From assembly GCA_964575925.1 (NCBI GenBank), contig CAZNTR010000003.1, positions 1,687 through 65,686 of the forward strand: a DNA stretch of 64,000 nt, read 5' to 3'. Both the position numbers and the translations under genes were made by a program. Below the pieces are notes generated by a model. The model searched no databases, was not told the origin of the DNA, and worked only from the letters and a program-made list of their open reading frames with translations. Shown piece by piece: positions 51,352 to 59,736 of this stretch (position 1 is the first letter of the stretch; each line of letters begins with the position of its first letter). This DNA comes from an uncultured Chitinophagales bacterium (GTDB lineage Bacteria; Bacteroidota; Rhodothermia; Balneolales; M1805).

Positions 51352-51837
51352 ATGAATCCAGTAATTATAAAAGATTTTATTTGGGGACTACTTTATATAG
51401 CTATACAAATAGTATTAGTTAGACATCTACGATTATTTGATGTTCAGGCAGATATCTTTTGGCTTTACTTGATTTATATAGCTGCGATTAAAGATAGAAC
51501 CTATACTATTTTTATAACAGGAGTGCTTACTTTCTTGTATGATGCTATGTTAGATACTTGGGGTTTATATATGTTTTCCTATACAGCAGCATTGTTTATT
51601 ACTCACAGATTTATTCCAAGAATATTAGATAATCGTTTGCTTACACCTCAAATAGCCTTAATTCTTATTGGAGTAAGTATTATAGCGAACGGGATTGTGG
51701 CAGCAATGACAAATTTTGTTGATATTTATTCCTCCGAAGTTTTCTTTTGGGAAATCTTACTAGGAAATTCAATGTATACCGCCTTATTAGGTAGTTTTCT
51801 TTACAATTTCAGTTCTGCTACACAAGGTAATTCATGA
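51352..51837 (+). CDS. mreD: Rod-shape-determining protein MreD
   Basis: 161 aa with 5 TM segments, in the conserved position. Confidence 0.8.
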   Translation: MNPVIIKDFIWGLLYIAIQIVLVRHLRLFDVQADIFWLYLIYIAAIKDRTYTIFITGVLTFLYDAMLDTWGLYMFSYTAALFITHRFIPRILDNRLLTPQIALILIGVSIIANGIVAAMTNFVDIYSSEVFFWEILLGNSMYTALLGSFLYNFSSATQGNS

Positions 51838-53666
51838 ATTCGTATAAAAGAGAACGAAATAAGACTTCAATCCGAGTTCTAATCGGTCTTGTTTTGCTCA
51901 TTGGAATAATACTAACTGCTCGGTTGTATCAACTTCAAATTCTGGAATATGAAACGTATGGTCCATTAAGTCGGGAAAACTCATTAAGACAGGAACAGGT
52001 TCATCCGTCGCGTGGGTTAATATATGATAACAAAGGGAAGTTGCTAACAGACAACGAGCCGATTTATACAATAACCATAAGCCCATCAAAGTTTGATAAA
52101 TCTAAGACTGGTTTATTAGCAAATTTAGTTGGTGAAGATTCTGTAAAACTTGTAGAACTTATAAAACAAGCTCAAAAATATTCATGGCAAAGACCATCAA
52201 GAATTTTTCCAGAGGTAACGTTTGAAGTATTCTCAAAAATTGAAGAACATATTTGGGAATTACCAGGAATCGCACATCAAATAGAAAGTAGAAGGTTTTA
52301 TCCAACAAAGGTTAAAGCATCACATGTGTTAGGGTATTTAAGAGAGCTTAGTGAATCGCTTTATAAAAAATATAATGATAATTACAGATTAGGTGATAAA
52401 GCTGGAGTAACTGGATTAGAATTCGTTTATGAAGATAAAATGCGAGGAACGTTAGGGACAAGTTTTACAAGAATAAATGCGTATGGTCAAGCTTTAGGAT
52501 CCTATGAAAATGGCTCATTAGATATTCCTCCAATTAGTGGTAGCAACATTTACACAACAATTGATACCGATTTACAACAATTAGCCGAAGAACTAATGGC
52601 TAATAAAGTTGGAGGGATAGTAGCAATGGATCCACGAAATGGTGCAATTAGAGCAATGGTAAGTGCGCCATATTTTGATTTAAATCGTTTAGCGGGGAAA
52701 TTAGACAATGACTATTGGGCAAAAGTAAATGCGGATACCTCAAAGCCCTTGTTTAATAGAGCTGTTTCGACCATGCAACCTCCAGGATCAACTTTTAAAC
52801 CACTAATGGGACTAATTGGTTTAAAGCTTGGAATTATAACACCAAAAACCACCATATTTTGTAATGGATCCTATGTAAAAGGTAGAGAGTACAAATGTAC
52901 AGCTTCTCATGGTGAACAAACGTTGGAATTCGCAATTCAAAATTCATGTAATACCTTCTTTTTCTCACTTATGAATAAAATTGGTGTTTCCAACGAATTT
53001 AACAACTGGTCAAAAATGGCAAAAAGTGTTGGTTTAGGGGCATTTAATGGAATAGATTTGCCCAATGAAGCAAAAGGTATCATTCCTGATTCTGCTTATT
53101 TTAACAGAGTTTTTGGTAAAAATAAATGGGGAATTGGTGATATTATTAATCTTGGTATTGGTCAAGGTGCAATTGGTATAACTCCTTTACAATCGGCAAC
53201 AATGATTAGTGCCATTGCTAATGGTGGCTATTTAGTCAAACCTCATTTAGTAGATGCTATTTCCGATGGATTTGGGAAGAAAGTTGTAAGAGAGTATCCC
53301 AAAACAAAAATTGACTGGCTTAGACCTGAAGATCTAGAACTTGTACAAAGAGGAATGAGAAGAGTGGTAACCGATGGTTCAGCTCGTTGGTATGCCAATA
53401 TTAAAGATGTACTCATTGCTGGTAAAACTGGAACTGCTCAAAATCCACATGGTTTTGATCATGCTTGGTTCGCAAGTTTTGCTCCAATCAATAATCCTGA
53501 ATTAGTTATTGTAGTTCTGGTTGAAAATGGTGGGTTTGGCGCATCATCTTCACTTCCAATTGCCAGTTTAATGATGGAAAAATACTTTACGGGAAATGTT
53601 AAACGTAACTGGTTATATCAAAAAATGTTAGAATTTGAGGCTAAGGCAGCGGTGGTAAAACGATGA
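51834..53666 (+). CDS. mrdA: Penicillin-binding protein 2 (elongasome transpeptidase)
   Basis: SxxK (GSTFKP), SxN (NSCN) and KTGT motifs. Coupled by a 4-nt overlap to both mreD and rodA. Confidence 0.95.
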   Translation: MNSYKRERNKTSIRVLIGLVLLIGIILTARLYQLQILEYETYGPLSRENSLRQEQVHPSRGLIYDNKGKLLTDNEPIYTITISPSKFDKSKTGLLANLVGEDSVKLVELIKQAQKYSWQRPSRIFPEVTFEVFSKIEEHIWELPGIAHQIESRRFYPTKVKASHVLGYLRELSESLYKKYNDNYRLGDKAGVTGLEFVYEDKMRGTLGTSFTRINAYGQALGSYENGSLDIPPISGSNIYTTIDTDLQQLAEELMANKVGGIVAMDPRNGAIRAMVSAPYFDLNRLAGKLDNDYWAKVNADTSKPLFNRAVSTMQPPGSTFKPLMGLIGLKLGIITPKTTIFCNGSYVKGREYKCTASHGEQTLEFAIQNSCNTFFFSLMNKIGVSNEFNNWSKMAKSVGLGAFNGIDLPNEAKGIIPDSAYFNRVFGKNKWGIGDIINLGIGQGAIGITPLQSATMISAIANGGYLVKPHLVDAISDGFGKKVVREYPKTKIDWLRPEDLELVQRGMRRVVTDGSARWYANIKDVLIAGKTGTAQNPHGFDHAWFASFAPINNPELVIVVLVENGGFGASSSLPIASLMMEKYFTGNVKRNWLYQKMLEFEAKAAVVKR

Positions 53667-54913
53667 ATTGGTATAGAAACTTTGATTGGTTACTTTTTTT
53701 TAGTTGGATGGTCTTAACCGTATTTGGTTTAATTGCAATTTATAGTGCAACACAAGGACCTGTTGCTGAATTCTTGCCAGCTTTTATCCAACAAAATTTT
53801 AAAAAGCAACTTACTTTCGTAGGTATTGCATTTGCAGTTGTCATTGCCTTACAATTTACTGCGCCAAGAACGTTTTCTCAGACCGCTTATTTTTTATACG
53901 GAATTTGCATTCTTCTTACAATAGGAACGTTGTTTTTAGGTGTTGAAATAAATGGTGCCAAAAGTTGGATTATAGTTGGCCCAGTCCGATTTCAAATAAG
54001 TGAATTAATGAAAGTGGCGACAATTCTAGCCGTAGCGAATTACCTAAGTAGTCGGCGAAATATTTCAATGGAACGTTTGGGTTCAGCTGTAACAGCGACC
54101 TTATTAATTGTGATTCCAGGTGTCTTAGTATTATTACAAAATGACACAGGAACTGCATTAGTCATCTTTTCCTTGACTCCTTTTTTATTATTTTGGTCAG
54201 GTTTACCTTATGGTATTTCTCTATTTATTGTATCACCTGCATTAGTCGGTTATTTCTCCGTTATAGAATGGTATTGGGGCATTTTAGCTTCGTTAATTAT
54301 TGTTTTGTTAATTTTTGTAATACAAAAGCGAGTTTGGTTAACTATTTCATCAGCAGTACTCAACTTATTAATAGTGGCAGGGGTGAATGTTGCCTTAAAT
54401 AATGTCTTACAAGCCTATCAAAAAGCTAGAATTCAGGCCTTTATTAATCCACAGTTTGATCCAAAAGGTTGGGGTTGGAATGTAATACAGGCAAAAACAG
54501 CTATTGGTTCTGGAGGTTTAACGGGTAAAGGGTTTATGGAAGGCACGCAAACTCAATTACGTTTTTTACCTGAACAATGGACTGATTTCATTTTTTGCGT
54601 AATAGGTGAAGAATTTGGTTTTATAGGCTCATTTCTGATAATACTTTTATTTATGACGCTAATTATTAGATTGATTTATGGTGCGGGGCAGCACAAACAT
54701 CCTTTTGCACAATCCGTTCTAGTTGGTGTGGCTTCAATTTATCTTATTCATTTTTTAATAAATACGGGTAGTGCATTGGGTTTATTACCTGTAATTGGTT
54801 TGCCCTTACCTTTTGTGAGTTATGGTGGTTCAGCGTTTCTCTCCAATTCACTAATGTTGGGAATTAGTCTAAATTTGCTCTTGTATAAGAGAGAGTTTTC
54901 GATGTATATCTGA
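53663..54913 (+). CDS. rodA: SEDS-family peptidoglycan polymerase RodA
   Basis: 416 aa, FtsW/RodA/SpoVE family (SELMK, LPEQWTDFIF, GLPLPFVSYGGS). Confidence 0.95.
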   Translation: MNWYRNFDWLLFFSWMVLTVFGLIAIYSATQGPVAEFLPAFIQQNFKKQLTFVGIAFAVVIALQFTAPRTFSQTAYFLYGICILLTIGTLFLGVEINGAKSWIIVGPVRFQISELMKVATILAVANYLSSRRNISMERLGSAVTATLLIVIPGVLVLLQNDTGTALVIFSLTPFLLFWSGLPYGISLFIVSPALVGYFSVIEWYWGILASLIIVLLIFVIQKRVWLTISSAVLNLLIVAGVNVALNNVLQAYQKARIQAFINPQFDPKGWGWNVIQAKTAIGSGGLTGKGFMEGTQTQLRFLPEQWTDFIFCVIGEEFGFIGSFLIILLFMTLIIRLIYGAGQHKHPFAQSVLVGVASIYLIHFLINTGSALGLLPVIGLPLPFVSYGGSAFLSNSLMLGISLNLLLYKREFSMYI

Positions 54914-55012
54914 GTTTTTTATTTGTGTGTGTCCAATTCTGGCAAAAAAGTATTCCCCATTTTATGCATTAGGCTGTTGTTCAATTTCAAGTTGGGTTCA
55001 ATAATTTATTTC

Positions 55013-55044
55013 TCGTTGAGACATGGCATGCCATGTCTCAACGA
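55013..55044. terminator. 32-bp perfect palindrome (probable bidirectional terminator hairpin)
   Basis: TCGTTGAGACATGGCA|TGCCATGTCTCAACGA. Relatively GC-rich, and lies between convergent rodA and the ankyrin gene. There is no flanking T-run, so a terminator role is inferred. Confidence 0.5.
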
Positions 55045-55148
55045 ATGCTCGGAATAGTTTGGTGGCAAAATAATCATCTTCATAAAAAAAGGCATTAATT
55101 TTCATTAGCACCTTTTTTTTATTCAATTACAAAAGAGACTGAATCAAA

Positions 55149-55886
55149 TCAATCGTCGTCCTCATCATCTTCTTCTTCAGCTGGGATGTTCTCTAACTCA
55201 TCATCGTCATCAGAAGAAGTGTCTGCTTCACCTTCAACTACGACTTCTTCCACATCTGCTAGTGCATCGTCTTCCTCGTCATCTGCAACCTCTTCAACCT
55301 TTTTCTTTTTTGGTTTAGCATCAGTTGCACCAGCTCTTCTTAATAACATAGCCACTTCTGGTTGTTCGTTGTCGTTAGCAATGTTTAAGGCTGTATCATT
55401 GTTTTTATCACTGTCTCTGATATCGGCGCCATTTGCAATTAAGAAACGAACTACAGGAATGTGACCTTCTTTAGCTGCAAGCATCAAGGCTGTTTGTCCC
55501 CAGTTGTTTTTTGCGTTTATGTCAGCTCCGTGTTCCATTAAAAAGCGAACTGCTTTAAGATGACCTTCACGTGCAGCGCCAATTACTGCAAGAGGTCCAA
55601 TTTCTGCGCCTTTTTCAAGGAGAAGTTTCATCATTGGTATATTGCCAGTTTGGGCTGCTCTATTTAAAGCTGATCCACCAATTTTGTTTTTTTGATTTAC
55701 ATCGGCACCGAATTCTACAAGAAAACGCACCATTTCTAAATTGTTATTTTGTGAGGCATAAATAAGAGGAGAAGTACCACTTTTTGTGGATTCATTTACA
55801 TCTGCTCCTTTAGCATGGGCTCTTTTTAATGCTTCAAAGTCGTTATCAATAGCTGCTTGAAGTAATTCTGGTGTTTCGTAATACAT
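55149..55886 (-). CDS. Ankyrin-repeat protein with a lysine patch and a poly-acidic C-terminal tail
   Basis: About 5 ANK repeats (GADVNxxxxxGxTxLxxAxxxGHxxxVRFL). These are followed by KPKKKK and a ~50-aa D/E-rich tail ending EEEDDEDDD. No signal peptide. Confidence 0.85.
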   Translation of the reverse strand: MYYETPELLQAAIDNDFEALKRAHAKGADVNESTKSGTSPLIYASQNNNLEMVRFLVEFGADVNQKNKIGGSALNRAAQTGNIPMMKLLLEKGAEIGPLAVIGAAREGHLKAVRFLMEHGADINAKNNWGQTALMLAAKEGHIPVVRFLIANGADIRDSDKNNDTALNIANDNEQPEVAMLLRRAGATDAKPKKKKVEEVADDEEDDALADVEEVVVEGEADTSSDDDDELENIPAEEEDDEDDD

Positions 55887-56011
55887 AGATTCTGTTCTTA
55901 AAGCGTGAAATAGGCCAATTTTTTGTGCGGTGGAAGATATGATTTTTTAAGGATGAATGAGAATGTTTTTCGATTAAATGATTAAATAATGTAAGAATTT
56001 ATTTTCTAAAT

Positions 56012-56926
56012 TCAGGAAATAAGTGCATTTCCACGATATCCATTTAGGAAAGAAAAACCATCCGTTTCGGCTTTGCCTTCTAATTGAACTCGTTTTATTA
56101 TGATACAGTTATCGTTACAACCAATATATAAATTGCCATTTTCTGTGAAAATTTTCCCAATTCCAGGACTAGGTTTATCACTAACTATACTTTCTTTTAG
56201 TTTCAATTTTTTACCATCTAATAAAATCCAGCTTCCTGGAGCGGGATTCATTCCTCTTATTCTGTTATGAACAGATAAAACGGGAAAATGGAAATCAATA
56301 TGTGCATCACTAGGAAAAACTTTTGGAGCAGGGCAGGCTAATTCATGATTTTGCTCAAGTGGTTTTGTCGTTCCTGATTCAATAAGATGTAGTGCTTTTA
56401 GTATAGTTTGAGATCCTAATTCCATTAATTTGGCATAAACATCGCCCGTGGTATCAGACTTTTCAATCCTAACTTTTTCTTGAAAAATTAAATTTCCAGC
56501 ATCAGTTTCTTCATTGAGATAGAAAATAGAAACCCCCGTTTGTTCTTCACCATGTGTTACAGCCCAATGAATAGGAGCAGCACCTCTATATTTTGGTAAT
56601 AAGGATGCATGAATATTAACTGAACCGATTTTTGGAATCTCAAGAATATTTTTTGGGAGAATTTTAAAGGCAACAATAACGATTAAATCGGGCTTCAACT
56701 CAACAAGTAAATCGTTTAATTTAGGATCTTTCATTTTTTCAAATGAATAAACCTGAAGACCAAGTTTCAGAGCGGTGGCTTTAACTGGAGTTGGGCTTAA
56801 TTCGTTACCTCGACCCCTGCGCTTATCTTCACCCGTTATTACTGCAATTAGTTGGTGTTTGCTAGAATGAATTTGTTCTAAACTTGGTACAGCAAATTCT
56901 GGTGAACCCATAAAAACTATTCGCAT
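56012..56926 (-). CDS. fmt: Methionyl-tRNA formyltransferase
   Basis: MRIVFMGSPEFAVPSL and NIHASLLPKYRGAAPI motifs. Confidence 0.95.
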   Translation of the reverse strand: MRIVFMGSPEFAVPSLEQIHSSKHQLIAVITGEDKRRGRGNELSPTPVKATALKLGLQVYSFEKMKDPKLNDLLVELKPDLIVIVAFKILPKNILEIPKIGSVNIHASLLPKYRGAAPIHWAVTHGEEQTGVSIFYLNEETDAGNLIFQEKVRIEKSDTTGDVYAKLMELGSQTILKALHLIESGTTKPLEQNHELACPAPKVFPSDAHIDFHFPVLSVHNRIRGMNPAPGSWILLDGKKLKLKESIVSDKPSPGIGKIFTENGNLYIGCNDNCIIIKRVQLEGKAETDGFSFLNGYRGNALIS

Positions 56927-57092
56927 AATGATATATTTTAAACTTAGGTTCGTGGATTAAAAGTGTGACTTCTATCGTTAAAGAAGCATATTAAAAACAA
57001 GCTGTTCAAATAAACAAAGGGTAATTATGAACAAGTTATTTAAAATTCGTTTGATTTTAAAAGTTTTGAGTTTTATTCTAAAATTAATTTAT

Positions 57093-57190
57093 GTGCTTAC
57101 TCCGAAAAGTAGTTTTCAGCAAAATAATCGTAGAATTCGCAGGATTTGGAAGGGTGTAAACCGAAAGCATCGACTTTTTGGAGTGGACTC
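57093..57190 (-). repeat. Dispersed 98-bp TIR repeat, copy 7 (subfamily A, minus orientation)
   Basis: The reverse complement reads GAGTCCACTCCAAAAAGTCGATGCTTTCGG...ACTACTTTTCGGAGTAAGCAC. Flanked by the identical hexamer ATTTAT at 57087-57092 and 57191-57196. Confidence 0.9.
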
Positions 57191-57552
57191 ATTTATGAGT
57201 TTTATCATTGCAGAATAAAAAAACGAATTAACCTGAATTCGAGATATGGATTAGAGCCATTTTTTTTATTGAAATAGAAAAAGCGTCAGTGCACTGAATC
57301 GTGATACCGTTGGCGCGTGAACCGATTTGAAAATCCATGAAATGTAATTTCGTATTTAAACCCAATTGGTTAAAGATTTCTCTACGAAATCCCGATTTAA
57401 TCGGAATCGTTTTTCGTTTCACAGCGCTTTGAGAGTGTCAACAATAATCGAAGGTATTGTGAAGTCAAATGACGGTAGTTTTTTATATCGTTTTTATTAT
57501 TTATTTCTTTCTTATCCCGACCTCAGGTTAGTAACATTTTTAGAAACTCGAT

Positions 57553-58110
57553 CTATTTTGGAACAACCGGATAATCAACTAAAAAGGTACCATTCTCGAT
57601 ACTATCTAATTTAGACTGAATAATTCTTTTCCTAAACGAGCCGAGATAATCAATAAATAGAACACCTTGTAAATGATCATATTCATGTTGAATTACACGA
57701 GCTAACCAACCGTCGGCCAACATTGTTTGTTCATTGAAATCTGCATCAAAATATGAAATGGTGATTTCAGTTGGGCGAAAAACACGATCTCGTACATCAG
57801 GAATACTTAAACAACCTTCCTCAAGTGGAATTTTCTGATTGCCAAAAGAAGTGATTTTGGGATTAATAAATACGAGTTCACCCTTTTTTAAATCTTGTTC
57901 TTCATCCTCGAGCATTGGATCGGCGTTTACAATAAAAAGTTGAATAGGTAACCCAATTTGAGGAGCAGCTAAACCGACCCCATGCGAGTTGTACATGGTT
58001 TCAAACATATCTGCAATTAATTTCTTTAGATTGGGATAATCTTTTGTAAGTGACTTGGTTTTTTCACGTAAAACGGCATCGTTAAACGTAACGATTGGTA
58101 AAATGGGCAT
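57553..58110 (-). CDS. def: Peptide deformylase
   Basis: GVGLAAPQIG, EGCLSIP and QHEYDHLQG motifs. Confidence 0.97.
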   Translation of the reverse strand: MPILPIVTFNDAVLREKTKSLTKDYPNLKKLIADMFETMYNSHGVGLAAPQIGLPIQLFIVNADPMLEDEEQDLKKGELVFINPKITSFGNQKIPLEEGCLSIPDVRDRVFRPTEITISYFDADFNEQTMLADGWLARVIQHEYDHLQGVLFIDYLGSFRKRIIQSKLDSIENGTFLVDYPVVPK

Positions 58111-58114
58111 TGGA

Positions 58115-58531
58115 TTATTTATTATTTAAAAAGTCTTGTAAAAGAACCACAGCAGCAGCAGAATCAATTAATCCTTTATTTTTCTTGATATTCTTAGACT
58201 TTCCGCTATCACGCAGGGCTTGTGTGGCAATGGTTGAAGTAAATCGTTCATCACGAGTAAGAATAGGTATATATCCAACTTTCTTTTTTAATTCTCCCAA
58301 AAATGATTTTACCATGTGAACAGATTCGCCTTCGGTTCCTGCTAAAGTAAGTGGCCAACCAACAACAATAGATTCATATTCAATCGTTTTGAGCCAACTT
58401 TCGAGCTTAAGATAAAATTCTTGGGGGCTAAAAGTGCCAATCGGACTCGCTAACATTTGTAACGAGTCCGATTGGGCAACACCTATTCGTTTTCGACCAA
58501 CATCGATGGCCAGAATTCTTTTTTTTAGCAA
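58115..58531 (-). CDS. ruvX: Holliday-junction resolvase-like / pre-16S rRNA nuclease RuvX (YqgF)
   Basis: ILAIDVGRKRIGVA and DERFTS motifs, 138 aa. Confidence 0.9.
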   Translation of the reverse strand: MLKKRILAIDVGRKRIGVAQSDSLQMLASPIGTFSPQEFYLKLESWLKTIEYESIVVGWPLTLAGTEGESVHMVKSFLGELKKKVGYIPILTRDERFTSTIATQALRDSGKSKNIKKNKGLIDSAAAVVLLQDFLNNK

Positions 58532-58849
58532 TTAAACGCCTTCTGTTTCAGAAATCGTAGATCTCAAAAATTCTTTAAGAAGTTTACTTGGTTTGAAGTG
58601 AGTTTTGCGGTGTTCTGGAACGTAAATTACCTCGTTCGTTTTTGGATTTCTTGCTTTTGGTTTTGCTTTTGTTTTTTTTACTTCAAAAACACCAAAATCT
58701 CTGATTTCGATACGGCATTCTGGACTTGCATCCATCATTGTGTTTCTAATGGCAGCAATTACAATGTCAACCCATGGTTCAGCTTGTACCATGGGTACAT
58801 CATGTTCTTCAGAAATACGCCGTACGATATCGCGTTTAGTATAAGTCAT
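58532..58849 (-). CDS. HU/IHF-family DNA-binding protein
   Basis: 105 aa with FGVFEVKKTKAKPKARNPKTNEVIYVPEHRKTHFKPSKLLK, the beta-arm motif of IHF/HU. Confidence 0.85.
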   Translation of the reverse strand: MTYTKRDIVRRISEEHDVPMVQAEPWVDIVIAAIRNTMMDASPECRIEIRDFGVFEVKKTKAKPKARNPKTNEVIYVPEHRKTHFKPSKLLKEFLRSTISETEGV

Positions 58850-59014
58850 TGTTGATAAATCTAAGTGTGAATTTTTCTGTTATAAGAAAATTTTTGGAAA
58901 ATACAAGATATTTATGTAGCACTTAATACCTTGATTTTTAAGCTTTTGAGAAGATAACAATAGCTTGAATAAGAAGAAATATAAAAATGTTAAAATCTCA
59001 CTTTTTTAATCTTT

Positions 59015-59581
59015 TTAACTTTTTTTCTTAATTGTGCCTTTTACACTTCCGCATTTTAGCATCATTGATCCAAAGTAAGGATTTAAAATATCTTTACTTT
59101 TGCTTAACCAAAAGGCCCCTTTATTAGAATCTGCCATAGGGCAAAATTGAACAAAAAGTGTTTCATCATAACCATGGGTTTTGGCAGATTCGATTAAATG
59201 ATTTGAAATTTCAATAAACTCGGCACGAATTCCTTTAATATCAGTTGCAAGGGAAGCTTTTGTAACTGCAACTAACATTGTACCATGTTTCTCTGCATGA
59301 TCCATGTCTTTTTTCTTTTCTTTTTCTTTCTTCATTTTCATGTCTTTTTTCAAACCCATTATATGATGATCACTACCTTTCATAACTTCTGCCTTCAATT
59401 TTTCAACAGCAGCATGAGCTTTTTCAAAATTATCGGAATATAAGGCCTCAGTAGTTTCAAGATATGCCGACATCATTGACGAAAAATGCTCGTCGTGCAT
59501 CGTCATTTTCTCAGTAGTTTGGGCAAAACTTGTTTTTAAGCCAAGAACTAAAATTAAACTAATTAGAATTGTATTTTTCAT
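59015..59581 (-). CDS. DUF3347-domain secreted protein
   Basis: Signal peptide. The C-terminal FVQFCPMADSNKGAFWLSKSKDILNPYFGSMMLKCG matches the DUF3347 signature, from recollection. Confidence 0.65.
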   Translation of the reverse strand: MKNTILISLILVLGLKTSFAQTTEKMTMHDEHFSSMMSAYLETTEALYSDNFEKAHAAVEKLKAEVMKGSDHHIMGLKKDMKMKKEKEKKKDMDHAEKHGTMLVAVTKASLATDIKGIRAEFIEISNHLIESAKTHGYDETLFVQFCPMADSNKGAFWLSKSKDILNPYFGSMMLKCGSVKGTIKKKS

Positions 59582-59736
59582 AGTTTCAATAGAATTTTAT
59601 ACTTAGAAATATTGTGGAGACTAATATAACTTATTTCTCAGTAATTATGTGGTGCATTTTTTTTCAATTTCTAGCTTAATGGGTAATTAATAGAGTGTAA
59701 ATTTTATTACTTTTATAGCAAACTAATGGTAGAATT

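Noticed and set aside
55186-55464. Ser/Thr-rich 92-aa ORF on the plus strand (…SSSSSEEVSASPSTTTSSTSASASSSSSS…)
   Set aside because: It is the antisense reading of the GAT/GAA-rich acidic-tail codons of the ankyrin gene, so it is a composition artefact.
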